Assembly (NCBI GenBank): GCA_003249255.1 | Contig: QKJP01000029.1 | Coordinates: 94,499-158,498 of the forward strand | Source: Bacteroidales bacterium | Lineage (GTDB): Bacteria > Bacteroidota > Bacteroidia > Bacteroidales > Marinilabiliaceae | Length of the DNA stretch: 64,000 bases | Direction of reading: 5' to 3' | Shown: in pieces, positions 20,038 through 30,306 of the stretch | Numbering within the stretch: position 1 is the stretch's first letter | Layout of the letters: each line of letters begins with the position of its first letter | The notes under the pieces: generated by a model | The model's database searches: none | Told to the model about the DNA's origin: nothing | Seen by the model: the letters and a program-made list of their open reading frames with translations, nothing else | Translations under genes and position numbers: made by a program

Positions 20038-20679
20038 CTATTCAATTATTATTTTCTCGCCCAGAAATTTAGGTTGTTTGCCAATTAATAAATCCAATAT
20101 CATTTTTACTCGGGCAAACCTTTCACGTACCATTGTTTTAAATCCAAATCTCTGACCTACATCTTTTGCATTAAAACCAATGGCTTCAATATCATTGTGC
20201 TTGGCAATGTAAATGGCACGTTCGTTATGAAACTGTTGAGAGATCACCGTGATTTTTTCCTGACCAAAAATCGCCTTGCAACGAACCGCCGAATCTAAGG
20301 TCCTGAATCCGGCATAATCCAATATGATTTTTTGTGCAGGTATGCCTTTTTGAATCAAATCATCCTTAATGGAAGTAGGCTCATCATAGTCCTTTCGGGA
20401 GTTGTCTCCACTCACTAAAATGTATTCTACCTTTCCGGCTTTGTATAGTGCCACCGCTGCTTCAATGCGATATTTGTAGTAAAAGTTAATTCTGCCGTTT
20501 CGAAGTATTTTTCCGGTTCCCAGAAGAAGTCCTACTTTGTTATAAGGGATATTCTCAGTCGAATGATAAATGTTATCGCGACTTGATTTTTCAACAAGAG
20601 CATTGGCTCCCCATAAACTTAGAAATACACTTGTTACTACAAGAAAGCAAACTGGAACAATTCTTTTTATCATTTTCAT
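20038..20679 (-). CDS. SanA/YdcF (DUF218) family protein
   Basis: N-terminal TM plus a DUF218 pattern (YILVSGDN...ILDYAGFRTLDSAVR). Confidence 0.65.
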   Translation of the reverse strand: MKMIKRIVPVCFLVVTSVFLSLWGANALVEKSSRDNIYHSTENIPYNKVGLLLGTGKILRNGRINFYYKYRIEAAVALYKAGKVEYILVSGDNSRKDYDEPTSIKDDLIQKGIPAQKIILDYAGFRTLDSAVRCKAIFGQEKITVISQQFHNERAIYIAKHNDIEAIGFNAKDVGQRFGFKTMVRERFARVKMILDLLIGKQPKFLGEKIIIE

Positions 20680-20771
20680 TATTCAAACAGCTATGTGTTT
20701 TAAGTTTTGATGTGATAAAGCTAAACCATTTAATGTAGAACTAAATGTGAAAATTGATTGTTTTAATTTAA

Positions 20772-21260
20772 ATGACAGAAGATTTAATGATGAAATTATT
20801 TTTGCTAAGTATATCATTTTTCATAACTTCTCAAGTTTGGTCTCAACAAGTAGAAGTGGTTAAGTATAATAATCTGGAGCAAAGGTGGAAGCTTGAGTCG
20901 GATACGCTTTTTGTCATTAATTTTTGGGCAACCTGGTGTAAGCCTTGTGTTGAAGAATTGCCCGATTTTATAAAGTTGGATAAGCAGATGGAGGGAAAAC
21001 CGTTTAAGATGATTTTGGTTTCATTGGATTTTAGATCCCAAATTACCAAACGAGTAATTCCTTTTCTTAAGAATAAGGATATCAGGCAAGAAGTATTGGT
21101 TTTAGACGATGATCCCAATGTGTGGATCAATCAGGTTTCAAAAGATTGGGATGGAGCTATTCCGGCAACCTTATTTGTGAAAAATGGTCAGCAGGCCTTT
21201 TATGCTAAGCAAATGGATTATTCAGAGTTAATTGAGATAATTAAAAACTTTAATCGTTAA
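20772..21260 (+). CDS. TlpA-like thioredoxin-fold protein
   Basis: Signal peptide and the FWATWCKPCVEELP thioredoxin CxxC motif. Confidence 0.65.
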   Translation: MTEDLMMKLFLLSISFFITSQVWSQQVEVVKYNNLEQRWKLESDTLFVINFWATWCKPCVEELPDFIKLDKQMEGKPFKMILVSLDFRSQITKRVIPFLKNKDIRQEVLVLDDDPNVWINQVSKDWDGAIPATLFVKNGQQAFYAKQMDYSELIEIIKNFNR

Positions 21261-21268
21261 AATATTAA

Positions 21269-21874
21269 ATGATGAAGAAAATAGTTCTTATAATTAGTTT
21301 GCTAATAAGTCTTTCGACTTTTCTTTATTCCCAAGGTTATAATGTTGGAGATGAAGTAGCCGGTTTTTCTTTGATGAACATAGATGATACTAAGGTCTCA
21401 TTAAGTGACTATTCCGCTCAAAAAGGGGTGGTTGTTATTTTTACCTGCAATCATTGTCCGTACTCGGTTGCTTACGAAGATCGCATCATAGCTCTTGATC
21501 AAAAATATAAAAGCAAAGGCTATCCTGTAGTAGCGATCAATCCCAATGATCCCGAATTGTATCCGGCCGATTCTTTTGATGCCATGAAGGCGAGAGCTAA
21601 AGAAAAAGGCTTTAGTTTTCCTTATTTGTTTGATGAAGAGCAAAGTGTTTATCCTGTTTTTGGAGCGACTAAAACACCGCATGTTTACTTATTGAATAAT
21701 ACTTCTGGGAAGTTTTCTGTCGAGTACATTGGTGCTATTGATGATAATACTCAGGATGCATCGAAGGTTTCAGAAAGTTATTTAAGCAATGCAATTGAGG
21801 CTTTATTAAAAGGAGAAAAGCCAAAAGTAACCTTAACAAAGGCAATAGGCTGTAGTATTAAAACAAAGAAATAA
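21269..21874 (+). CDS. thioredoxin-family (redoxin/AhpC-TSA-like) protein
   Basis: Signal peptide; CNHCPYSV motif in a thioredoxin fold; 201 aa. Confidence 0.6.
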   Translation: MMKKIVLIISLLISLSTFLYSQGYNVGDEVAGFSLMNIDDTKVSLSDYSAQKGVVVIFTCNHCPYSVAYEDRIIALDQKYKSKGYPVVAINPNDPELYPADSFDAMKARAKEKGFSFPYLFDEEQSVYPVFGATKTPHVYLLNNTSGKFSVEYIGAIDDNTQDASKVSESYLSNAIEALLKGEKPKVTLTKAIGCSIKTKK

Positions 21875-22010
21875 GGGTTGATATGCATCGAGTTAACCGT
21901 GAAATACCCTAAAAGCCACCAAAGAAAGTGTATCTTTTACTGTAAACGCTACTGATTCTGTGTAATTTACTGCTTTTCGTAGTTATTTATTTCGGTTGAA
22001 GAAGTCTAAA

Positions 22011-23078
22011 TTAATCAAAATCGAAAGTCAATTGTATAGCATCTATGCCTTCATCTGAAGGGAAATTAGAAACGCTTAAGCCCATTAAGCGAATTGGTTT
22101 TTCGATGGGTGCTTCACTTAAAAGTGCAAAGGCCGTGTCTGCAATTTTATCGAATGAAAGAATTGGAGAGGTATAGGATTTTGAGCGGGTAATTTGTTCA
22201 AAGTCATTGAATTTCAATTTTAATGTAAGCGTTTTTCCTTTTTGGTTTTGTTTATCCATTCGGCGTTTTAATTCTTTAGTAACTGCTTCTAGTTCAGTAG
22301 CTAGTTGCTCAAGAGTTTCGATGTCGCGCGAAAAAGTGTGTTCAACTCCTATTGATTTTCGAATTCGATTGGGGTTTACGGGTCTGTCGTCGATTCCTCT
22401 GGCAATGTTGTAGAAGTACAGGCCCGCTTTACCAAAATATTGAGTAAAGGATGGTAGGCTGTATTTAAGCAGGTCTTTTCCGGTATGAATATTTAGACGA
22501 TGCATTTTTTCGGCTGTTTTTTCACCTACGCCAAAAAACTTTTCAATTTTTAATGCTTGAATAAAAGCCTCCACATCATCCGGTTTAATCAAAAATATGC
22601 CATCCGGTTTGCGTTGGTCACTGGCTACTTTCGCTAAAAATTTATTTACACTAATGCCTGCCGAAGCTGTAAGTCCTGTAGTTTCCAGGATTTCCTTTTT
22701 TATGGCTTGAGCAATTAAAGTTGCCGAAGGAAGGCCTTTTTTATTGCTGGTTACATCCAGGAAAGCTTCATCTAACGAAAGCGGTTCCACAAGATCAGTA
22801 TACGAACGAAAAATCTCCATGATCTGGGCTGAAACACTTTTATAAACCTCAAATCTTGATTTTGCAAAGATAAGATGTGGGCATTTGCGCTTTGCTGTTA
22901 CAGAAGGCATTGCAGAATGAATGCCAAACTTTCGGGCTTCATAGCTGGCAGCGGCTATCACCCCGCGTTCTTTGCTGCCACCAACTACAAGTGGTCTGTT
23001 TCGATATTCAGGATGATCGCGTTGTTCGATGGATGCAAAAAAAGCATCCATGTCTACGTGTATTATTTTGCGAACCAT
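22011..23078 (-). CDS. dinB: DNA polymerase IV
   Basis: N-terminal IIHVDMDAFFASIEQRD Y-family polymerase motif; 355 aa. Confidence 0.85.
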   Translation of the reverse strand: MVRKIIHVDMDAFFASIEQRDHPEYRNRPLVVGGSKERGVIAAASYEARKFGIHSAMPSVTAKRKCPHLIFAKSRFEVYKSVSAQIMEIFRSYTDLVEPLSLDEAFLDVTSNKKGLPSATLIAQAIKKEILETTGLTASAGISVNKFLAKVASDQRKPDGIFLIKPDDVEAFIQALKIEKFFGVGEKTAEKMHRLNIHTGKDLLKYSLPSFTQYFGKAGLYFYNIARGIDDRPVNPNRIRKSIGVEHTFSRDIETLEQLATELEAVTKELKRRMDKQNQKGKTLTLKLKFNDFEQITRSKSYTSPILSFDKIADTAFALLSEAPIEKPIRLMGLSVSNFPSDEGIDAIQLTFDFD

Positions 23079-23209
23079 GCTGCAAAATTACAAATTCAAA
23101 TGGATGATGAAATAGAAATAAATCTACTTGCAAGTTATTTTGGTTGCTACGAGTTGAAGCATGAAGAAAAAAAGGAGACTACAATTTTTGCAGCCTCCGG
23201 ATATCGGGA

Positions 23210-24133
23210 TTAGTTTGGTATAATGAAGCGTTGCAGATAGGGTTGTTGGCCACTTTGTGTGTTATGGGGTTGATATTCAATGTATACATCAATGGGTTCA
23301 TCCATGGTGTAACCTATTGTTTCACCAATGATTGGTTCTTTAAATAATAAGGTTTCATTCTTTGTTTTGATTGTCCATCCATAAGTGTCGGTATTTTTAT
23401 CGGGGTTAAATGCTGTTACCTGAGCGTTCGCTTCTAGTTTATTCAGATCAGCAATTGTAATTTTTATCATAAATTTTTCTTTATCGCAGTTTTCTTCTAA
23501 ATCCGGATAAGGCCAAAGGGAATTTAGGCAAATGTTAAAGTTGTTGGTGTTTGTTCCGGTTACCGGGTTGTTATCCGTTCTTAGTTCTATCGCTTGTTCG
23601 TCAGAATTATCTGTTGAGATGCTGATTTGTACTGTTGCCCAGCCGGCCTGAACGCATTCTGCACCTTTGGGACATCGGTTGTCTTCCACTATGTTCTTGA
23701 AGCAAACTTCGCTTTCTCCAAAAACTGTTTTGCATTCATTGAGCTTAATCGCAATTTCAGTGTTAAATTTCGAGCCATTGAATTTTACATAATGGGTCAT
23801 GTAAATTGGGATGTGTTCGAGGGTTGAATCCTGAGTATAGCAAGCGTTAAACTCATCTTCTTTTGCTAATCTAAACCGTACGTTTAATAATTGGCCAATT
23901 TCAAATTCATCCTTTTTAAGATTAACAGCATTGTATGTGAACGAATTGCTTTCACCCAAAAGTGCAGCTGTTTCAATCGAATCATTGGGGAATTGCAATA
24001 AGCAAGTAGAACATTCGGTGTTGTATCCAATCACCTCGGCCAGATAGGTTTGGCTTGTTTTATTGCAAGGGCAGTTTTCTTCGCATGCAATAACTGTGAG
24101 TAGAATTAAGGTTGTGGTTAAAAGTTTCTTCAT
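23210..24133 (-). CDS. hypothetical lipoprotein (Cys-rich)
   Basis: Lipobox LLTVIACEE; 307 aa. Confidence 0.45.
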   Translation of the reverse strand: MKKLLTTTLILLTVIACEENCPCNKTSQTYLAEVIGYNTECSTCLLQFPNDSIETAALLGESNSFTYNAVNLKKDEFEIGQLLNVRFRLAKEDEFNACYTQDSTLEHIPIYMTHYVKFNGSKFNTEIAIKLNECKTVFGESEVCFKNIVEDNRCPKGAECVQAGWATVQISISTDNSDEQAIELRTDNNPVTGTNTNNFNICLNSLWPYPDLEENCDKEKFMIKITIADLNKLEANAQVTAFNPDKNTDTYGWTIKTKNETLLFKEPIIGETIGYTMDEPIDVYIEYQPHNTQSGQQPYLQRFIIPN

Positions 24134-24350
24134 TAGTTTAAGTTTTGAAATTAGATCAATGAAAAGAAGGTATAGAGAAGTGCCTTAAAAGTCTATGTTA
24201 CTTTTATAGAACGGTTAAAAATTTAAGGGAGTAATACTATGAGAGGGATTAAAGCAATATTCCTTGATGTGAGATGTAGGGTATGTGCTTTGGCACATGT
24301 CTCAATTCGAAAATGATCATATTTAATGCTTAAATAACATAATTTATCAA

Positions 24351-24992
24351 ATGAAAATTCAACATCTTTTTCTTGTTAGTTTGCCTTTATTGCTAATGTT
24401 TAATTCCTGTAAAAAAGAAAGTTACCGGGTACCCACGAGGTATGATGATGGTATTCAGGAAGGTGAAGTGTTTGTGGTGAACGACGGGCAAATTGGGTAC
24501 TCTGTCAACGTGGAAGGAGGTATGGTAGAGATTAATGGAAATACTAAAGTGTCTGCCGATATTAATGTTACCGATAGCAGAAGTGATGTTATTATTAAAG
24601 GGCATGCCGAAGTTCACCGGATAAATATGGAGGATGGCACCAATGGTGAGATTTATTTAAGTGGTTCTCCGGTGATCAAAACCGATTTTAATGTGAATCA
24701 AGGAAGTGTCATCGTTGGAGATGTGAATTTTCCTCATTTAACCGATACGGTAAGGATTCTGAATAATTTAAATTTATATGGAACTTTACATGTGAATGCC
24801 GGGGTTTTGATTGTTGAGAATGACCTTAATCATTTTGGAGATATTTTTATAGCTGATGGAGCTGAGTTGATTATTGGGCATCAATGGAATCAAAATGGCG
24901 ATGTTTATGGATCTAAAAATCTTACTTCGAACGGACACTATAATTATAATTCAGGAGAGAAATACGCAGAACCCTTTGTTGATCAAGAATAA
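24351..24992 (+). CDS. hypothetical secreted protein / lipoprotein
   Basis: Signal peptide with lipobox MFNSC; 213 aa. Confidence 0.45.
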   Translation: MKIQHLFLVSLPLLLMFNSCKKESYRVPTRYDDGIQEGEVFVVNDGQIGYSVNVEGGMVEINGNTKVSADINVTDSRSDVIIKGHAEVHRINMEDGTNGEIYLSGSPVIKTDFNVNQGSVIVGDVNFPHLTDTVRILNNLNLYGTLHVNAGVLIVENDLNHFGDIFIADGAELIIGHQWNQNGDVYGSKNLTSNGHYNYNSGEKYAEPFVDQE

Positions 24993-25149
24993 GATAGGAT
25001 TACGGGGTAGTATAAAAAAAGGTGAGCAAGCTGCGAAAGTGCTTTTAATCAAATAAGTAAAAACAAGATGGTATTTATTTTGTTTTTTCATGTGTTGCTT
25101 TTTGATCCTTTTCTACAAATATTGAATGCTGATCGAATAAAAAAATATA

Positions 25150-25423
25150 GAGGTAAGTAGTTAAATACTTATCAATCGTAAGCTAACGTTAGCATCAAAG
25201 ATGCGGTGGTATAAAGCATAGTCTGAAGGGCTATGGATATTGTGGCATGAGATTGTTAGCACAAATATAGGTGCGTAGTCGTGTGATTAGACTACGCACC
25301 TATAGGGCTTAAATAAAACACCTAATTAGTATTCTGGCACTTACTGGCTAGGCTTTTGGATATCGCCCATTTTAGGGCTTTTTTAGATTTATGCAGAAAG
25401 GTATGTACTTATCTACTGACCTC
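25150..25423 (+). mobile_element. Family-1 ~275-bp interspersed repeat (MITE-like), copy 1
   Basis: ~85% identical to 57425..57701. Terminal inverted repeats GAGGTAAGTAG...CTACTGACCTC. Internal hairpins GTGCGTAGTC-N12-GACTACGCAC and CATAGCC-TGAAG-GGCTATG. Confidence 0.55.
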
Positions 25424-25556
25424 AACGCATATTTACCAATTGCACGAACTTCCTATATCTCAGATTTTTAAAGGAGTTATATCTAGTCTTTGCACTGCAA
25501 GTTATTTACGAACAAAAGCGTATTTTACACTCAAAGTATCTTAGTAACTTTGCAAC

Positions 25557-26495
25557 ATGGAATTAAAAATAGCACTCATATTATCTGCTGTATTGCAACT
25601 TATAGCCTTTGTGATAGCTATTAGTCTTATTCCTAAAACCCGATTCAATGTTGCTTGGATTAGTATTTCAATTGGTTTCTTGTTGATGGGTTTACGACGG
25701 GTTTTTGAAGTAGTTTATTATGTAAAAGCAGCAACGGATGATAGCATTTCAGTGCTTAATAGTTGGATAGCCATAGTTATTTCAATGGCCATGTTGGTTT
25801 CGTCAATTTATATTCGCAAGATTTTTGAAGTTCTTAGCCGAATCCATCAATTGCGTAAGGAAAATGAAGCAAAGCTTTTATCGGCAATTATCTCAACAGA
25901 AGAAAAAGAACGGAAATATTTTGCCAAAGAAATTCACGATGGCTTAGGACCCGTCTTATCATCGGCAAAAATGACTCTTACCGCCATTAAGCGCGATAGT
26001 CTTTCTGATTATGATTCCGAAAAGCTTGATCAAGTTGAAAGCCTTGTAGATAATGCTATTGTTGGGATGAGAGAGATTTCTAATCGACTTACACCGCATG
26101 TGCTAGAGCGTTATGGGCTGAAAAAGGCAATTGAAGCTTTTATTCGTAATACCATAAGTAGTGAAAGTATTGAGGTGAATTTAAGTACCAATATTGATAA
26201 AAATCGATTTGAATATAATGTTGAAGTTATCTTATACCGTATTTGCTGCGAGTTGGTGAATAATTCGCTTAAATATGCACAGGCTAACAGGATAAATATC
26301 ATGCTAACAGAATTTAACAACAAGCTTGATTTTAAATATGACGATAACGGCATTGGTTTTTGTCTGGAGAAAGTTGAAAACAAAGGAATGGGATTAACTA
26401 ATATCAAATCGCGTGTTACATCATTAAATGGATCTGTGATCCTTGAAAGTTCACCATTAAAAGGGTTTTATGCTCACATTAATTTGCCAAAATGA
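25557..26495 (+). CDS. sensor histidine kinase (NarL/LuxR-type partner, HisKA_3)
   Basis: Three N-terminal TM helices. H-box EKERKYFAKEIHDGLGP and a HATPase_c region. An 4-nt overlap with the downstream response regulator suggests translational coupling. Confidence 0.75.
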   Translation: MELKIALILSAVLQLIAFVIAISLIPKTRFNVAWISISIGFLLMGLRRVFEVVYYVKAATDDSISVLNSWIAIVISMAMLVSSIYIRKIFEVLSRIHQLRKENEAKLLSAIISTEEKERKYFAKEIHDGLGPVLSSAKMTLTAIKRDSLSDYDSEKLDQVESLVDNAIVGMREISNRLTPHVLERYGLKKAIEAFIRNTISSESIEVNLSTNIDKNRFEYNVEVILYRICCELVNNSLKYAQANRINIMLTEFNNKLDFKYDDNGIGFCLEKVENKGMGLTNIKSRVTSLNGSVILESSPLKGFYAHINLPK

Positions 26496-27133
26496 AAAAA
26501 CTCAAAGTACATATTGTCGATGACCATACCCTATTTAGAGAGGGCTTAATGTTTCTCTTAAAAAATAGCGAATATGTCTCTGAAATTAAAGGTGCTGAAA
26601 ATGGCAAAGAATTCCTTAGTCAGTTAACTGATTTTAAGTCGGATGTGGTTTTGATGGATATTGAAATGCCTGAATTAAATGGTGTTGAAGCTACCAAAGA
26701 AGCGTTAAAGCGTTGTCCTGAACTGAAAGTGGTGGCCCTTTCCATGTATTCTGACGAGAGCTTTTATTCAGAAATGATAGAAGCCGGGGCTAAAGGTTTT
26801 TTATTAAAGAATTCACAGTTTGAAGATGTTGAGAATGCCATTCTTGAAGCTCATAATGGTAGAAATTTTTTTTCACCCGAAATACTCACATCCATCATTG
26901 CTGGATTGAACCGAAAACCTCAGCCGATAAAAAGCGGTGAACTGACCAAAAGAGAGGTTGAAGTTTTACTAAACATTTGTCAGGGGTTATCAAATCAGGA
27001 AATTGCAGACGCACTAATTCTTAGCAAACGTACCGTAGATAAACATCGTGAAAATATTCTGTTAAAGACTGGCTCTAAAAATACAGCCGAAATGGTGGTA
27101 TATGCCATTAAGAAAGGGTATTTTGAAGTGTAG
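26492..27133 (+). CDS. response regulator, NarL/LuxR family
   Basis: REC domain (VLMDIEMPELNG) plus a C-terminal LuxR HTH (LSNQEIADALILSKRTVDKHRENILLK). Confidence 0.85.
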   Translation: MKKLKVHIVDDHTLFREGLMFLLKNSEYVSEIKGAENGKEFLSQLTDFKSDVVLMDIEMPELNGVEATKEALKRCPELKVVALSMYSDESFYSEMIEAGAKGFLLKNSQFEDVENAILEAHNGRNFFSPEILTSIIAGLNRKPQPIKSGELTKREVEVLLNICQGLSNQEIADALILSKRTVDKHRENILLKTGSKNTAEMVVYAIKKGYFEV

Positions 27134-27225
27134 CCCAATAGCTTAAAAAAGCAAATGCGCTTAAAGACGTAAATTTTAAATACGGTTTTAACAGGTGAAA
27201 TTCAGCGTGTTAATAGGATAGTTTT

Positions 27226-28278
27226 GTGGCATGTATTAATATCAAATATTTTATCATGGTCACAATTTTTATTATTCCTTTTGTTATCGCAATGTTTCTT
27301 GCTGTAAATATGGGTGGTTCAGGAACTGCCCCTGCTTTTTCAGCAGTCTATGGCGCTGATATTCTCAAAAAAAGTCTTATTCCAGGATTATTTGGAATTG
27401 CGGTTTTTCTAGGTGCAATTATTGGTGGTGAAGAAACTGCCAAAACAATCGGTAAGGGCTTGCTAGCCCCTGAACTGTTTACTTTTACAACTGTTTCAAT
27501 TATCCTGCTTTCTGTTTCAATCTCGCTGTTAATGGCCAATGTTGCTGGAATTCCACAATCTACAAGTCAGGCTACCGTATTAGCAGTTATTGGTCCTGCA
27601 GTGTATTTCAATGCGTTAAATGCTAATAAGCTGTTTTATGAAATTCTGCCTACTTGGATAATTATGCCCATAGCCTCATTTGTTGTTTCATTCATCATTG
27701 GAAAGTATATTTATAAGCCGATGAGAAAAATGGGTTACACGTTTTCCAGACGCTTAAATGAGAGCTATGTGCTAAAAGGTGTCATTATTTTCATGTCTAT
27801 TTATGTAGCTTTTTCTATTGGGACAAACAATGTTGCAAATGCAGTTGGTCCAATTGCAAGTCTTTCATTTAATGTGTTGGATATACCTGCCAACAACTAT
27901 CCTGAAGTTTTAATATTGGCCACCTTAATTATTGCACCATGTTTTGGGATTGGAAGTTCAATTTTTGGACATAAATTAGTTAAAAACACAGGTAAAGAAA
28001 TTGTTCTTTTCGGAAAGATTGAGGCAGTTATCATAGCTTTTGTTTCCTCAAGTTTATTGCTTACGGCTTCGTTAATAAAAGGTATTCCAGCTTCATTGGT
28101 GCAGTTAAATGTAAGTGCAATAATCGGTATTGGTGTTGCAAAGCTAGGCTTCAAAAATATCTTTAGAAAAACCGAAGTGAATAAGTTTTTTGTAATGTGG
28201 TTCATTGCTCCATTCCTTGCTTTTGGGCTATCACTTTTATTTACCTATCTATCTGATATATGTAATCTGTTAGAGTAG
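27226..28278 (+). CDS. PiT/PHO4-like anion (phosphate) permease family membrane protein
   Basis: ~10 TM helices. The C-terminal repeat carries a GTNNVANAVGPIA motif resembling the PHO4 GANDVANA signature; the N-terminal repeat is degenerate. Confidence 0.45.
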   Translation: MACINIKYFIMVTIFIIPFVIAMFLAVNMGGSGTAPAFSAVYGADILKKSLIPGLFGIAVFLGAIIGGEETAKTIGKGLLAPELFTFTTVSIILLSVSISLLMANVAGIPQSTSQATVLAVIGPAVYFNALNANKLFYEILPTWIIMPIASFVVSFIIGKYIYKPMRKMGYTFSRRLNESYVLKGVIIFMSIYVAFSIGTNNVANAVGPIASLSFNVLDIPANNYPEVLILATLIIAPCFGIGSSIFGHKLVKNTGKEIVLFGKIEAVIIAFVSSSLLLTASLIKGIPASLVQLNVSAIIGIGVAKLGFKNIFRKTEVNKFFVMWFIAPFLAFGLSLLFTYLSDICNLLE

Positions 28279-28461
28279 CTCAAGCAAGTTGATCTTAATT
28301 TAGATCTTTGCTCTTGAATGATTTGATAGAAGTAGCTCATGATCTTGAAAATAACTCTGATGCAGAAGTGTTATTAAATTTCTGAAAGAAAATAATACAC
28401 TAGGCGGTTTTGATTCCAACTTTCAGTATGGAAAACTTATTTGAGAAAAACCGTTATTTCC

Positions 28462-28678
28462 TAACTACCCCTAGGGATTTCGCTTTTAGCGAAATGTTTA
28501 TTCCCTGACCACTAAAATCATTTTTTATCAACCACGAAAGTCACTAAAAACCACGAAAAAATTGAAAATCAACGAAGCTAAATTAGTACCCTGATTTTAG
28601 TTTTCGTGTGTTTTTGTGTTTTTCGTAGTTAAAAATAAATTGTTTTGTTTAAAAGCAATTTCCCTGTGTAACTACCCC
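28462..28678. mobile_element. Family-2 MITE-like element, copy B (element ~28473..28668, TSD TAACTACCCC)
   Basis: Aligns end-to-end with 8443..8620. Flanked by a 10-bp direct repeat TAACTACCCC. Confidence 0.55.
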
Positions 28679-28773
28679 AAAGCAGTATTTTTGGTCAAAC
28701 ATTTTTACCCTTTGATTCTCATAAAGAGAGATCTTTGTTTTAAAACGAAATACCAACTTCGGGGTAGTGTATT

Positions 28774-29760
28774 TTAATTTAATCTGTTAGCAACGTCTTC
28801 AATCAGATCAACTTCTCTTCTTAATTCATTAACGAGACTAGCATAATTGTTGGTTACATCAGATATTTCTATTTTGCCAATTTCTAATTTGTTAGAGGTT
28901 GATTTTATGCCTTCAACGATCTGATAAATTTCGTGAGCGTGGTCTTTGGTCTCGTTAGACATTTTTACAATTTCTCCTGAAATCACTCTAAAACCTTCGC
29001 CAAGTTTACCTACAGCCTGAGCTTCTATCGAAGCATTAAGGCCCATCAATCGAATTTTATCTGATATTTCACGAATTACTTTCACAATTAGATCGGCCTG
29101 TTCTGCTTTTGTGGTTGATTCATGAACGCTATCCATTAGTTTGTCAGTCAATGAGGTTAGTTCTGTTTGTCTTAAAGCTAATTGATTGATTTTATTGGTT
29201 AGCACTGTGATTCTTTCGACTAAATCATCGCCTGCACCTTTACGTCTGCTAATGTCAGAATCGATTGTGGCCAAATAAATCAAATCTCCATTTTTATTTA
29301 AGATCGGATTTAGTGAAGTCTCTGTCCATATTTCTTTGCCCGATAAAGTGATGTTTAAAGCTTCGTAATTGACCGGCTTTTTACTTGTCATGCACCTGTT
29401 TAGTCTTTCTTTTATAGCCGGGTCAAAGCTGGTTTGAAGGATGTTACTTCCTTTTGCTTGAATGAACTCCTCATAGGTATATTCGTACATCCGTGTAAAG
29501 CCATCGTTAATCCATTCAATGTTTCCTTTGGGATCCATGATCATAATGGCATTGTCGGTTTGAGTCGCCACTATGGATAATAGCTCCATTTCCTTTTGTT
29601 GAGCAAGGTTCAGTTGTATGGTCTTGTTTTGGGCTATTTCGATTTTAAGTTCTTTCTGCAAGTCTTGGTTTAGGGCTTGGTACTCTTTTCTTTTTAGCCT
29701 TTGAAAATAGGCACACAGCGACAATGCAACAATTGCCGCGCTTAACATCACGTTAATCAT
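28774..29760 (-). CDS. PAS-domain protein with methyl-accepting-chemotaxis-like signalling domain
   Basis: N-terminal TM, a PAS-like segment (IMIMDPKGNIEWINDGFTRMYEYTYEEF), and a C-terminal MCP signalling region (LMGLNASIEAQAVGKLGEGFRVISGEI). Confidence 0.55.
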   Translation of the reverse strand: MINVMLSAAIVALSLCAYFQRLKRKEYQALNQDLQKELKIEIAQNKTIQLNLAQQKEMELLSIVATQTDNAIMIMDPKGNIEWINDGFTRMYEYTYEEFIQAKGSNILQTSFDPAIKERLNRCMTSKKPVNYEALNITLSGKEIWTETSLNPILNKNGDLIYLATIDSDISRRKGAGDDLVERITVLTNKINQLALRQTELTSLTDKLMDSVHESTTKAEQADLIVKVIREISDKIRLMGLNASIEAQAVGKLGEGFRVISGEIVKMSNETKDHAHEIYQIVEGIKSTSNKLEIGKIEISDVTNNYASLVNELRREVDLIEDVANRLN

Positions 29761-30306
29761 TCTACCTCTATTTTTTTATAACAACGCTGCAAAAGTAGTT
29801 AAAAATTGCGAGATGGGTTGGTGGTTGTGAGGGAGCTATTTAATAATACTACTAAAATGCTGTTTGTGCTCCCTCCTATAAGGTGGGGGTTGTTTATATT
29901 TAGGTATTGTAGGGTGTATTAGTCCTCTAAGTGAAAATAGGTTTTTATTTAGTAAGGCTGTTTTGCATAGTTTTTTCTGTCGGTCGAATAAAAAAATGAG
30001 AACTCCTGATCCTATTTAACGGCTGACAACCTCTGATGTTTTTTATATCGGCTCTGTAGAATAATGGTTAATCGATTCAATGTTGAAAAATTGCTAATGA
30101 TCTAAAAATTATTTTAAACGGATTCTTTTTTAGTATCTAAATAATTGGGAGGATAATTTTTAACTACATAGTACATTGGTTTAAGTAGGGTAAAATGAGC
30201 TCGTTGTTAAGAAAATCTCACATTTCCCCTCCTTTGTTGAGTTTCAGCAATTACTTTTTTCACTATATTGCCAACCCTTAATTAAACTGAAATCTTTTAT
30301 AACCCA

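Noticed and set aside
25356-25544. 62-aa ORF overlapping family-1 repeat copy 1
   Set aside because: It lies inside a repeated, hairpin-rich element present in both orientations elsewhere, and the reading frame is not preserved in the other copies.
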